Source of the DNA: Zancudomyces culisetae HAW-14-8
Lineage: Eukaryota; Fungi; Kickxellomycota
Length of the DNA stretch: 64,000 bases
Direction: 5' to 3'
Assembly (NCBI GenBank): GCA_052426225.1
Contig: JBNJNM010000021.1
Coordinates: forward strand, 3,224,001 to 3,288,000
The notes beneath the pieces were generated by a model. That model was not told the origin of the DNA. It saw only the letters and a list, made by a program, of their open reading frames with translations, and did no database searches. Below, piece by piece: positions 25,069 to 36,623 of the stretch. A program made the translations under genes and the position numbers. The stretch's first letter is position 1. Every line of letters starts with the position of its first letter.

Positions 25069-26163
25069 TTTTCTATTAATCGTTTTTTTTTTCCTATTGA
25101 TCTTGAACACCAATGTTTAGGCACGGATGTATATATACTTTTTCAAGATTCTGATTTAATAGCAAAATTAATTCCTAGATTTTTTTTATCAGTTGGGAAA
25201 CCTCCATTAAAATGCAAAGAAAAAAATTTTTTTTTTTAATTTAGAAAGATGATTGTGAATACTGCCATCATAAGCCTAAAAGAGAATAAAAATCACGAGA
25301 GAAAAGTAGTAGGCTAGAGTACAAACTATAGTGAGAGAAGAAAGGGCAGAGTGAAAAGCACAACTCGATATCATCATGCAGCTATAGGATTTCACCACAG
25401 GAAATGGTAGAAGGGAGATTTGGGCACATACTTGACGTACATTATGTAAAAAACTACAAGCGCTTCGTTCTCTTGCCTGCCTTTCTGGCGATATTTCTCT
25501 TCAAAAATTTGATCTGTTGTTAATATCATTAAATTCAGCTAAATATGAAGAACCCAAGTCCCATACATGTATTGTAATTGCATCACAGAGCTTTGGAAAA
25601 AAAAGCAAAACGAGTAAACTCCCCCCCCAAAAAAAGAGCTGTTGCTACATGGGTTTTCTCTTTTTTTTTGGCGATCCTCTGAAGCAGCTTTGCCTTGGTT
25701 TATTCAGATCTTTTTAGTAATCCTCAAGTGTTGTATTGAAATTTTTATGCATTTCGCCATAACACATCACAAAAAAAAAATGGGGAGAGACATGTAGTTA
25801 CTAAAATGGCTTTGTGTTTTTGGCGTGCTCAATCTCTGATTCGATGTACGGAAATTTTGCAAAATTTACAAATTCAAATCGTCCACTCACAACAGCTATT
25901 TCAGGATTAATTGCGACAGCTGGAGGGTGATTGATCCAATGGTGTGCAAGTATTTGATGTCAGACACTTTAATCCAGAATTGTTGAAATATCAGGGTTTG
26001 GCTGACAGCTTTGGCAACTTTAAGAAACAATACAGTACTCCGATATTGGTGAGAATAAACTTTAATTATGAAAAACAATATTCAACTAAACAAAGGATAA
26101 AAAAGATAAACATACATTTGCAATTGTATATTAAAATTCAATAAAATACAAACCACATAAAAA

Positions 26164-28488
26164 ATGAGTTTGGAAACTATGGGGATGAGGTACAAAACGA
26201 GTAAGAAGCCATTCGAGTACCAAGCATTAAACGTACCTGGGGATTCTGGAAGGGGTTATGAAGACACTAAAAAGAATGAGTTTGGGGCAACTTACATAAC
26301 CAAGGGTTCACTGATAAAAGGAAAATGGGATCGAATCGCCAATATTGCTCTTCCAATCACCCTGATTGGGATGTCCTTGTTCACAAGGCTATACAAGATA
26401 GGCGTGTCGGACCGGGTTGTTTGGGATGAAGCACATTTTGGTAAATTTGGAGGATATTACATCAAACAAACATTCTACCACGATGTGCATCCACCACTTG
26501 CAAAGATGCTAGTGGCGCTATCGGAGTATTTAGTGGGATTTAATGGACAATTTGAATTTGACTCTGGGGCAACATATCCAAAAGGGGTAAACTATAAATT
26601 TATGAGGCAGTTTAATGCAATGTTTGGAGTGATGTTGGTACCATTCGCATATTACACAATGCTAAACTTTGGGTCTTCAAAAAAGATTGCAGGGCTGGCT
26701 GCGTTGTTTGTAACATTTGACAACGCGTTATGCACGATTAGTAGGTTTATTTTACTGGATTCGATGCTTTTGTGCTTTACAGCGATGAGTGTTTACGGAA
26801 TTAGTGGACTATACAGCCTCGAATTGAGAAGGAATAAAAATCCAATGGTTGATCCAAACGACAAAGAGAAAAACAAGTGGTTACTATTTACAGGACTTTC
26901 CTTGGGGCTGGTACTAAGCTCCAAGTGGGTAGGTTTGTTTGTATATGGGCTAGTGGGGTTGTATACATTGGATGATTTATACCGAATGATAGGAAACTCT
27001 CAACGATCACATAGATTTGTATCTACTACTACCTTTTGCAAAAACTTTATTATCCGAGCCATCACGCTGATATTGGTACCACTAATTGTGTATCTAGTGA
27101 GTTTCAAAATACACTTCATGATACTGAATAAGTCTGGGCCGGGAGATGGTACGATGCCATCGCTGTTTCAAGCACACCTCAGGGGGATAGATTTACTACA
27201 TCAGCCATTTGATGTGGCATATGGATCAAAGGTGACAATGAGAGCAGCAGGAGGTGACTATGGGTTATTCCACTCACATGACAGCCCAATACCTGGAGGA
27301 TCCAATAATCACCAAGTAACGTGTTATGGCCATAAAGATAATAACAACGAATGGCTATTTTTCAAAGAGTATACTAAAGAGAAAAATGATGAAAGTACAA
27401 GGATAGGATCAGAAAAAAATTCGGATCCAGAGACAGCAATGACGACAGCGACAGGGACAGATAGTATAGAGTATATTAAGAACAAAAGTATAGTTAGACT
27501 AAGGCATGTAAACACAGAGGGGATGTTGACAGTATCCAGAAATCACAAGTGGTTGCTAAATTCTAAATACTATGAGGTATCTGGACGAAAAAAAGACGTT
27601 AGTGGTAAAGAAAAGGATGAGAAAAATGACAACTGGCAAATAGAAATAGTAGGACCAAAGAATGAAAATGTGGTTAAAGCGCTGACGGTACAGTTTAAAC
27701 TGAAGCATGTAGTAACTGGGTGCTATTTGCAGGTTACAGGGAATCAGCTTCCGGCATGGGGATACGAACAGTCAGAAGTGGTGTGTGGATTTGATGGTAA
27801 GGAGGAACACCAGATATGGAATGTAGAAAATCAATGGAACCAATTCCTGAAAAATGGCAATCCCAAGCTGGCAAAGCAGAGCTTTTTTAAAAACTTTTTA
27901 TATCTCAACAAAGCAATGGCAAGAACAAACAACGGATTGGTGCCAGACGAAGACAAGATAGATGATCTGGCATCACAACCACTAGACTGGCCGGTGTTGC
28001 GGTATGGAATTAGGATGTCTGGGTGGGAATTCCACCGCCACAAATACTACATGTTAGGTAACCCAATGCTTTGGTGGATCAGCAGTTTGAGCATAGTACT
28101 AGGGCCTATATATATGATATTAAGCTATATCGCACACAAAAGAACCACCAGAAATAAAAGGGATTCGCGATTTACAATTGACGACACGTACTTTTATCCC
28201 AGTGTCTTTTTGTGGCTGGGATGGTTCTTACATTATCTTCCGTTTTTTATTATGGGAAGAGTTATGTATCTACACCACTACTTTCCGTCACTGTACTTTG
28301 CAATACTGTTTTTGGCACTGCAGATAGGCCGATTTAACTTTAAGATATATCGGGTAGTGGATTTGATTTTGATTAGCGGTGTGGTTATTACCACAGTATT
28401 CGTTTATTTCTCTCCAATTACTTTTGGTTTTGACTATCCGAATCATAAAATTAAAAATAGGAATTGGTTGTCTACATGGACAATCTAA
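26164..28488 (+). CDS. PMT2: Dolichyl-phosphate-mannose-protein O-mannosyltransferase, PMT2-type
   Basis: VVWDEAHFGKF, DVHPPLAKM, SRFILLDS, central MIR domains (QVTCYGHKDNNNEW), GRVMYLHHYFPSLYF. Confidence 0.93.
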   Translation: MSLETMGMRYKTSKKPFEYQALNVPGDSGRGYEDTKKNEFGATYITKGSLIKGKWDRIANIALPITLIGMSLFTRLYKIGVSDRVVWDEAHFGKFGGYYIKQTFYHDVHPPLAKMLVALSEYLVGFNGQFEFDSGATYPKGVNYKFMRQFNAMFGVMLVPFAYYTMLNFGSSKKIAGLAALFVTFDNALCTISRFILLDSMLLCFTAMSVYGISGLYSLELRRNKNPMVDPNDKEKNKWLLFTGLSLGLVLSSKWVGLFVYGLVGLYTLDDLYRMIGNSQRSHRFVSTTTFCKNFIIRAITLILVPLIVYLVSFKIHFMILNKSGPGDGTMPSLFQAHLRGIDLLHQPFDVAYGSKVTMRAAGGDYGLFHSHDSPIPGGSNNHQVTCYGHKDNNNEWLFFKEYTKEKNDESTRIGSEKNSDPETAMTTATGTDSIEYIKNKSIVRLRHVNTEGMLTVSRNHKWLLNSKYYEVSGRKKDVSGKEKDEKNDNWQIEIVGPKNENVVKALTVQFKLKHVVTGCYLQVTGNQLPAWGYEQSEVVCGFDGKEEHQIWNVENQWNQFLKNGNPKLAKQSFFKNFLYLNKAMARTNNGLVPDEDKIDDLASQPLDWPVLRYGIRMSGWEFHRHKYYMLGNPMLWWISSLSIVLGPIYMILSYIAHKRTTRNKRDSRFTIDDTYFYPSVFLWLGWFLHYLPFFIMGRVMYLHHYFPSLYFAILFLALQIGRFNFKIYRVVDLILISGVVITTVFVYFSPITFGFDYPNHKIKNRNWLSTWTI

Positions 28489-28593
28489 TCAATTGAATAG
28501 CTAGAATTATAAAAATACTATAAATATTCACGAATAATTAAATAAGCAATTCCTCACACACACTCTCTCCTCTTAACCCTTGAACAAATATTT

Positions 28594-30204
28594 TTACTCA
28601 AACTTGATTCCCTGAGCCAAAGGTAAGCTTCCACTATAGTTTATGGTACATGTTTGTCTTCTCATGTATTGTTTCCAAGCATCACTTCCGCTCTCGCGTC
28701 CACCACCAGTCTCCTTTTCACCACCAAAGGCTCCTCCAATTTCTGCACCATTGGTGGGAATGTTTGCGTTGACAATACCACAGTCAGAACCTCCTGCACC
28801 TGTCCATCGGAAGATCTTTTCTGGGGAGGTGGTAAACAATGAAGAACTCAAACCTTGTCTAACAGAGTTGTTCAGTCTGATGGCTTCTTCAAAGGTGGAG
28901 TATTTGAAGGTGTGGAGGATAGGTGCGAAAATTTCGTTTTGGACAACTGGTGCGTCATGGCTAATAGAAGTGATTGTTGGTTCTACATAATAGTCGGATT
29001 CAAGCACACCCTTCTCAATGGCGTTTCCTCCAAGTAGGATTTTACCACCCTGTTGTTTGACTGCTTCGATTCCCTTCAAATATTCCTCAACTGCGCGGGC
29101 TGAGTGCAAAGGTCCACAAAGAACGTTGCTGGCGAGTGGGTTTCCGATTGTAATAGCCTTTTTGTATGCAGTAATGAGTTTTTCCAGGAACTGGTCGTGT
29201 ATTTTTTCGTGAAGGAACAATCTACGTGCAGTAGTGCAGCGCTGGCCTGCAGTTCCCACAGCTGCAAACAGAATGGATCGAACCGCAAGATCTATATCAG
29301 CATCATCTTCCACGACAACGGCGTTGTTTCCACCAAGTTCTAGCAATGAGCGACCAAATCTGCGTTGGACATGAAGTGCAACCTCCAATCCGACCTTAGT
29401 ACTGCCTGTAAATGAGACGAGGTCAATTTCTGGGTGTGTTGACATTGCTTCGCCAATTGCTGGACCCCCAGTAACGAGTGAGCAGATTGAGGTAGGAAGG
29501 TTGTTATCTTTCAAAACTTGTTGCAAAATCTTGGTTACTGCAATTGCAGACAGTACGGTTGTAGGTGCTGGCTTCCAGATCACTGGATTTCCACAAATCA
29601 AACTGAGTGCACTGTTCCAGCCGTATACTGCGACTGGGAAGTTGAATGCACTGATTACACCAACTATTCCAATTGGGTTCCACATCTCCTTCATGAAATG
29701 TCCTGGTCGCTCACTTGGAATGACTTTTCCATTGAGCATTCGGCTCAAACCTGTGGCATAGTCAGCCACATCAATATATTCCTGGACTTCACCAATACCC
29801 TCAACCAAGATCTTTCCCATTTCCAAACTGACTAGCTTGCCTAGTTCTGTACGTTTGGCATTAAGAGCCTCACGCATTTGGCGGACAATTTCTCCTCTCT
29901 TTGGTGCAGGCATCTCTCTCCACATAGCCTTTGTCTCCTTCACAGCCTCTAGGGTTGTCTTGAAGTCACTAACTGTGGCTTGTTGGATAGTTCCAAGGAG
30001 CTGGCCTGTTGAAGGACTAATGGAATGTATTATCTCTCCTGCGCCACTACCGGCTTGTTCTGCTGCAACGCCATTGTATACTCCTGGTGTTACGGCCTCT
30101 GGTGAGCTGTTCAATCCTAGAGAGCTCAGCAGTGAACTGAGATCTGTCTTTGAAACTGCGTATTTTCCAGTAATGAGTTTAAATCCTGACTTTGAAACTG
30201 ACAT
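28594..30204 (-). CDS. ALDH7A1: Aldehyde dehydrogenase family 7 (antiquitin / alpha-aminoadipic semialdehyde dehydrogenase)
   Basis: [77 protein letters not shown]. Confidence 0.96.
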   Translation of the reverse strand: MSVSKSGFKLITGKYAVSKTDLSSLLSSLGLNSSPEAVTPGVYNGVAAEQAGSGAGEIIHSISPSTGQLLGTIQQATVSDFKTTLEAVKETKAMWREMPAPKRGEIVRQMREALNAKRTELGKLVSLEMGKILVEGIGEVQEYIDVADYATGLSRMLNGKVIPSERPGHFMKEMWNPIGIVGVISAFNFPVAVYGWNSALSLICGNPVIWKPAPTTVLSAIAVTKILQQVLKDNNLPTSICSLVTGGPAIGEAMSTHPEIDLVSFTGSTKVGLEVALHVQRRFGRSLLELGGNNAVVVEDDADIDLAVRSILFAAVGTAGQRCTTARRLFLHEKIHDQFLEKLITAYKKAITIGNPLASNVLCGPLHSARAVEEYLKGIEAVKQQGGKILLGGNAIEKGVLESDYYVEPTITSISHDAPVVQNEIFAPILHTFKYSTFEEAIRLNNSVRQGLSSSLFTTSPEKIFRWTGAGGSDCGIVNANIPTNGAEIGGAFGGEKETGGGRESGSDAWKQYMRRQTCTINYSGSLPLAQGIKFE

Positions 30205-31276
30205 TTTTGTTGTATTTACTATTTATTTTTCTCTTGCTATTGATGTGTTTATATAGAATTTTATTTTTTTAGTGGGTTTTAGCTTTTATTTTAATTTAAA
30301 AGGAGTCTCCACATTCCTTGAACATGCAAAGGCTAGGGATTAAATAAATATCCTTTCTGCACTTTACAACAGAATAGTGCGGAAAACTGTGTGTCTAATA
30401 CAGCCGAATTTTAAATTAAAATCCCTGTTTCAACTACTAACCTTGTAAGCTGAACGTGGTATGCCCTGATTTGTGTATTGTTTTTAAGAAACACCTTGCC
30501 TTTCTTTAAGTCCCGCTATTTTTTTTTTTTTTCGTTGTGGTTTCCCCCTTGTATTTATACTATTTTTTTTTTTTTGCTTGTGTTTTTTTTTTGCCAATCT
30601 ATCCCCCCTCCCCTCCAACTGTTTTTTTTTATTTATGAAAAACCCTTTTGTTTAATAAACCCACATTTGTATTATCTATTTTCTAATCAAGATTCGGTGG
30701 AGAAAAGATATGTGTGAACATCGATATAACGCACAAAACTACAAACTGGTCCACCCACCAAACAAAAAGCATTGTTGCATTTCTTGCTTTGTTCAGTTGC
30801 AAGATGTTTCATATTTAATGGTCCAATGATCTATATATTTTTACTAAGTCCATAATCAAAAATGAGCCTCCTAGGTTACATAGATAAATTGCTGAACAAG
30901 TATAGGTGGATGGACCCAGGCTTCGTTTAACAAAAAAAGCCAATATTGCGTAATCAACAAACATCAGCTGTGCAAAATAAAGTGCATAAATGATCCCGAA
31001 AGCCTATCTTTTTGATGGAAACAATCACCCACCTTCCCCCTTAAATACGTAAGTGCTTATATTGCATTTTTTTTTCATTTCGGTTTCAACATGTCAATTG
31101 AAGCGTCATGATGACTAACAAAAGTTTATTAAAAAAAAAAGCGTTAGACAAAAAAAATAATAATGAGAATTAATAACTGTAATTGCATTGCGATCATATA
31201 TTGCTCAACAAACCAATGCGAAAGTGCCAAATAAAAATAAGAGTAAAGATAAAGGAAAAGGCAAGTAAAAACGCAG

Positions 31277-33520
31277 TTATTTTTCCAACTCAACTAGGAC
31301 GTCTTCTCCGTTAACAGCTTCTGCAACTTTTACATTAACAACCTTAATAACACCAGTTCTTGGTGCTCTCAAAACGTTCTGCATCTTCATTGCCTCGATT
31401 ACAGCTATCTCCATTCCTTCAGACACCTTATCACCAGGTTTTACAGATATCGAAACTATAGTTCCTGGCATTGGAGCTAAGACCATGTTTGTTGTGTCAA
31501 CCTTGGCTACTGGCTTCATGTGCTTAAGCAGAGTGGCTTGGTTATTAGACAAAACAGAGACATTGTACTTGGAACCCTTGTACTGCAACAGCAGTCCATA
31601 TGATGTGTTTAGCTGACCTTGATACTGGACTACATAGTCATTTCCGTTTGCATTTACACGAACAAAGGATGAACCAATAGACCAGTCAACTGTGATTTTA
31701 TGGCTCTTTTTGTCTGCTGGAGTCTCAGCATTATCAAATGCTACAGTTCCAGTAAACGTGTTCTTCCCCAAGAAGTTGATCATCTTTCCACCTTCGCCGG
31801 CACCTGAGCCCTCCAGAGATATATTGACATGAGCATTAAGATTGAATGGCTGGTTTTCACCGTCTATTTGAGGGATTGAGACTGTAAAGTGGCCATTCTG
31901 AGTCGCTGGGAGTGTAGCCAGTGAGCTGAGACCCCTACTGTCATATTGGTAGTAGTCCCTGGTGGCAAGAATAGTCTTTAATGCGGCTGAAACCATTGCG
32001 AATTCCGCAGCCTCGCCAGATTCGATTGATAGTAAGTGGCCTCTGAACCCATGTGGGTAGTATTTTGCCAGAAAACCGGTAAAGAGATCTCCTTTTTTGA
32101 AACTTGGGTGTGAAATAACACTACGCAGCAGAGGAATATTGTGGTTGACACCTGTAATCAGATATTGGTCAAGTGCCTTTTCCATAACTTGACGGGCCTC
32201 TTCGCGCGACTTGCCATAAGTTGACAACTTGCAAATCATTGGATCGTAGTACATTGAGATTTCGGAGCCTTCAGTAATTCCTGAATCGCATCGCACATCG
32301 TTTTCTGCAGCAATTTGTTTGGGCTCGACATAACTTTGCAGAGTACCAATTGATGGAAGATAGTTCTCAGGATCCTCTGCATACACACGCGATTCAATTG
32401 CCCATCCTTCAAGCTTGACATCTTCCTGCTTTGTAGTGCTTAGCGGCAGATTGGCAGCAGATCTGATCATCTCCTCGACCAAATCCATCCCAGTAATGTA
32501 TTCTGTAATTGGGTGCTCTACCTGAAGACGGGTATTCATTTCTAAAAAGTAGAAACGGCGCTGGTCATCTACCAGAAACTCGACTGTCCCTGCAGATGTA
32601 TAGTCGACATTTCGGGCCAGAGACACAGCTTGCTCTCCCATGGCTTTTCTTGTTGCTGGGTCGATGTGTGGTGATGGCGCTTCCTCTATCACTTTCTGAT
32701 TTCTGCGCTGGATTGAACACTCTCTTTCAGGCAAATAAAGCACGTTGCCTTTTCGATCTGCAATGATCTGGATTTCAATATGGCGTGGGTTGTTAATGAA
32801 TCGCTCTACAAGCAGTCTGCTGTCTCCAAAACTGCTCTTTGCCTCATCCGTGCAGAGCCTGAAGTTTTCCTCTACATCTTTTTCGTTCCAAGCTATTCTC
32901 ATTCCCTTTCCTCCTCCACCTGCGGATGCCTTCAACATCACTGGATAGCCTATCTCGTTTGCTATCTGTTTTGCGTGGTTCACATCCTTTACCACACCGT
33001 TAAACCCTGGAATAACGTTGACTTTGGCCTCCTTTGCTATAATCTTGGACTGGATTTTATCTCCCATAGCATGCATTGCTTTTTCGTTAGGACCAATAAA
33101 CTCAACATTGTTTGCTTCCAACATTTTGACAAACTCGGCGTTTTCTGACAAAAACCCATATCCTGGATGAACCGCCTGTGCTCCTGTCTGCTTAATAGCG
33201 TCCATTATTGCTGGGACGTTCAGGTACGATTGCGATGTTGGTGCAGGCCCCACTCTTATCGCCTCGTCCGCAAGCCGGACATGCAATGAGTCTGCATCAG
33301 CGTCCGAGTATATAGCCACTGTTTTTATCCCCATTTTCTTTGCTGTTCTGATGACTCTACATGCTATCTCTCCTCTGTTTGCTATAAGAATCTTGTCAAA
33401 TGTCTTTTGCGTGGTTTTGCATGGTCCGAAATAGTTTCTGGTAACCCTGGCCAGTCTACCTGCATTTGCTCCCAAAATTCTTGCCGCCTTCTTTTCTGTT
33501 CTGTTCAATATTTGAAACAT
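31277..33520 (-). CDS. PCCA: Propionyl-CoA carboxylase alpha chain (biotin carboxylase + BCCP), mitochondrial
   Basis: ANRGEIACRV, HPGYGFLSEN, GGGGKGMR, ERECSIQRRNQK, GWAIESRVYAEDP..LPSIG.L..Y.EP, YYDPMICKL and the biotin site EAMKM. Basic presequence. Confidence 0.9.
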   Translation of the reverse strand: MFQILNRTEKKAARILGANAGRLARVTRNYFGPCKTTQKTFDKILIANRGEIACRVIRTAKKMGIKTVAIYSDADADSLHVRLADEAIRVGPAPTSQSYLNVPAIMDAIKQTGAQAVHPGYGFLSENAEFVKMLEANNVEFIGPNEKAMHAMGDKIQSKIIAKEAKVNVIPGFNGVVKDVNHAKQIANEIGYPVMLKASAGGGGKGMRIAWNEKDVEENFRLCTDEAKSSFGDSRLLVERFINNPRHIEIQIIADRKGNVLYLPERECSIQRRNQKVIEEAPSPHIDPATRKAMGEQAVSLARNVDYTSAGTVEFLVDDQRRFYFLEMNTRLQVEHPITEYITGMDLVEEMIRSAANLPLSTTKQEDVKLEGWAIESRVYAEDPENYLPSIGTLQSYVEPKQIAAENDVRCDSGITEGSEISMYYDPMICKLSTYGKSREEARQVMEKALDQYLITGVNHNIPLLRSVISHPSFKKGDLFTGFLAKYYPHGFRGHLLSIESGEAAEFAMVSAALKTILATRDYYQYDSRGLSSLATLPATQNGHFTVSIPQIDGENQPFNLNAHVNISLEGSGAGEGGKMINFLGKNTFTGTVAFDNAETPADKKSHKITVDWSIGSSFVRVNANGNDYVVQYQGQLNTSYGLLLQYKGSKYNVSVLSNNQATLLKHMKPVAKVDTTNMVLAPMPGTIVSISVKPGDKVSEGMEIAVIEAMKMQNVLRAPRTGVIKVVNVKVAEAVNGEDVLVELEK

Positions 33521-35292
33521 TCTTTTTTTTTTAACCTTTTCACTCGTATTCTTGTTTTCCTGTGTCTTTTAAAATCCCTCTATTTCACCTTTCTTTTTGG
33601 GACTGTGTGTTTTTCCTAAAAGTATGAATTCAACATTTTTGTAAACCTTGGGCACAAAAGCTAATTGCATCTATGCAAGTTCATTTATAATATAAGAAGA
33701 GGAGAGAACATTGGGGAATGAGGGGATCTAGTAATATTTACTTTTACTTTTTTGTTTGCCAACTTGGAAACAATGTTGCAAATACTACAAAAGCAATATC
33801 CTTTTATTCGGGATATTCCTGTTGGCTAACTTCACCCCTCCCCCCTATTCACATTTCACGTCTTAGACATTAGAATTCAGATCAGCATTTGAAGGACGCA
33901 TCATTTATTGGGTTTCCAGGCAGTAGGGTTGGACAAGTCTACATCCACCTTGTTTCATTTGCTGTCTGTTTCAAATGACAAATAGTAAAAGCAACGAAAT
34001 CCTGCTACAAATAAAAAACTCATTCTTACCTTTTACGCGATATACTATTATGCTACAAGCCGAACAGATGTGAACAAAAGAAATTTCTAAAAGTATATTT
34101 GTCTTTCTGCTTTTTTTTCCGATATACTTTTCGGTACACTTTTCAATGCTTTTCAGTTCTTTTTTTTTGAATATTTAATTTATCTTGTAGCTGTTCAACT
34201 CAGTTGGTCCGCACCAGCTTATTTAATTTTTCGCATTAGCCAACTAGTTCAATACATAAAAAACTAGGGTGGTTTTAGCAGAATCAGATTACGTAAATAC
34301 ATTGCGCTCATTTTTCATTAGGCTCAAATAGGATGAAAACGTTGAGTTTGGTTACAGCTTGATCCAAAAATTGACAATTTGCATGTTTTTTACTGGATAG
34401 CATGTCCTATATCTCTACATTTCTTCGAGATAAAGCCAAAGCTTGAACCCAATTCAGAAATAGATATGTACGTTCTCAGCAGTTGTATAACAAAAAATAA
34501 TGCCCTTTGCTCGGAATATTTTTTACTTGAGTATTTGGCATATGTTAGAAGTAGTTGATTTAGAGATTAGTTTCATCAGAACATTTCACATGTAAATATC
34601 TTTCCCTCTTCCTAGTTGAATTGTGATTTAGGCTGAAGTAGGGATTCATCCACCCAAACCTAACACGCCTTTCATCCGCCTCCCAATCCATTATCAACTT
34701 TACTATTTTTTTTTCCTTAGCCCTCAGCTCTGACTTGCTGATAAAACGTTTTTTTGGAATTGGCAGATATGGTTGCAAGATAGCATATTGAATCAGCAAT
34801 TTGTTTGCTATCACTGATATCACACCATCTTGTAGAGGCATAGATAAGCTCATTATTACGATTTCAGTACTTGGAAACACTGAAATGTTCTACCGACCCA
34901 AACTTAAAATATAGCTAGTCCAACATCATTCCAGTAACAGATAAGAGCATGAGTCTAAAAAACCATGCAATGATTAGTTGAGTTCACTGAAAGGTGATAA
35001 ACATGCAAGAGCTTGATCAAATCAAACGGGGGTTCCCCCGTGTATCCAGCAGAATTTTCAAAAAATAATTAAAACGAACTAAGAATCCACAAAATCGTCA
35101 TGATAAGCCAACTGTGTTGGAAAGCGGAAGATATCTGACTGCTTGCAAATCCGAACGTTTTTCTAGCTCTGTTTTGTCACTCTATTAGCATTTTTTGTTT
35201 TCATTTTGTATTTTCCAGCTTTTGTTTATTTGTTTTTTTTTCTTTGTTTTTTGTTTTTGCGCGGTATTGCAAGGAACCACTATTGTTCAAAG

Positions 35293-35310
35293 GATTGGAC
35301 GTCACCAATC
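35293..35310. promoter_or_regulatory. Inverted CCAAT pair around a CRE-like core (GATTGG-ACGTCA-CCAATC) in the PCCA/PCCB divergent intergenic region
   Basis: Sequence seen directly; function inferred. Confidence 0.4.
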
Positions 35311-36623
35311 ATTCGCTCAGTGCCATTAAATCAGGCGGAAAGACCACAACGGCGAATCAGAAAAAAAGAAAAAGAAGGGGTCTGAGCAGCCTATTATCTA
35401 ATTAGCTTTTAACACAGATTTTGTATCAGCAAATTCGATTACAGCCGGTTATCAATTGGACAGCATTGAATAATAAGCGCAATTCCGGGTCTAAAAGCGC
35501 GAAAATCTGAAACGTGAAAAAAAATATCGTACTATTATTTGGGAGGGGGAGGATAAAAAGGTGTAGCCCGATAGCTTAATAGAATGTGGGCTAGATATTG
35601 CTTAGGATATGGAAAATGGTCTTTGATTATCTCAGCATACATTTGTAGTGTTGTGTATTGAACAAAAACCAACGCATTATCACTGTCTCTTGTAAAAAGC
35701 AGATAAAAAAAAAGAAAAGATAACAATGCTAGTAAATACACTTGATCTTTGTGTATAATTCAGTTTGTAATACCAAAACCAAATAGAATCGGTTGATATC
35801 AGCATTGAATTGGTGGAGTTTTTGTCTGTTCAGCTCTATTATCATGACCAAAGAAGTGAGGTGCTTTTTCACCGTTGCCAGAGCTACTAACAAAAAGATC
35901 AAAGCTGGAAAAACAAAAATAAAACAGAAATCACAGTTTTACATATCTCTGTGTACAGTGCGTCTAAAGTCAATTAAATAATGATTGGGTACATCTGCCC
36001 CACCCCACCCCCCACTCTCCTCTATTTTTGGTCTATTGGAGCGTTTACAATCCAAAAAAAAAGAAAAAAAACTAGTAGAGTGCATTCCTGGCTTGGGAAG
36101 AGAGGCGAAGGAAAATCACAATTTCCTCCGCCGCATCCTTCTCCCAAGGATGCTCTGGAATGGTATCATGGTCTTAAGCAGTTGACCAAAAATATTTCAA
36201 ACATACTGATGCAGGGTAAGAGGCTAAAAAATGTATTTATGTTAGGCCCAACCAAGGTATATGATAGGAATGTTTGGTATACCTAATACTCCAAGCTATG
36301 CTATCTTTACAAAAGACACCATAATCAAAGCCTTTATCTTGGTGGCCCAGGAAGAGTAAAAATTAAAAGAAAAAAAATAAAATCACACTGTAATATACAG
36401 GTGGTGTGTGTTTGGGCTTTTGAGACAATTCGGTTACAAATAATAAAAAAAAAAAACGATTTTATTTTCGTAAATTTATTTATAGCTTTGTTTGTTACAC
36501 TTGATTCTTGCATCTTAAACTACGAACAACTAGATAAACTCGTTTGTAGAAAAGACCAAATAAATAAAAAAGGGAAAAACAGGCGGTAAAAAAAGAAAGA
36601 AAAGAACAACACAGGCTAAAGAC

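Noticed and set aside
34560-34880. 106-aa ORF between PCCA and PCCB
   Set aside because: Non-ATG track start, no motif and no splice partners found.
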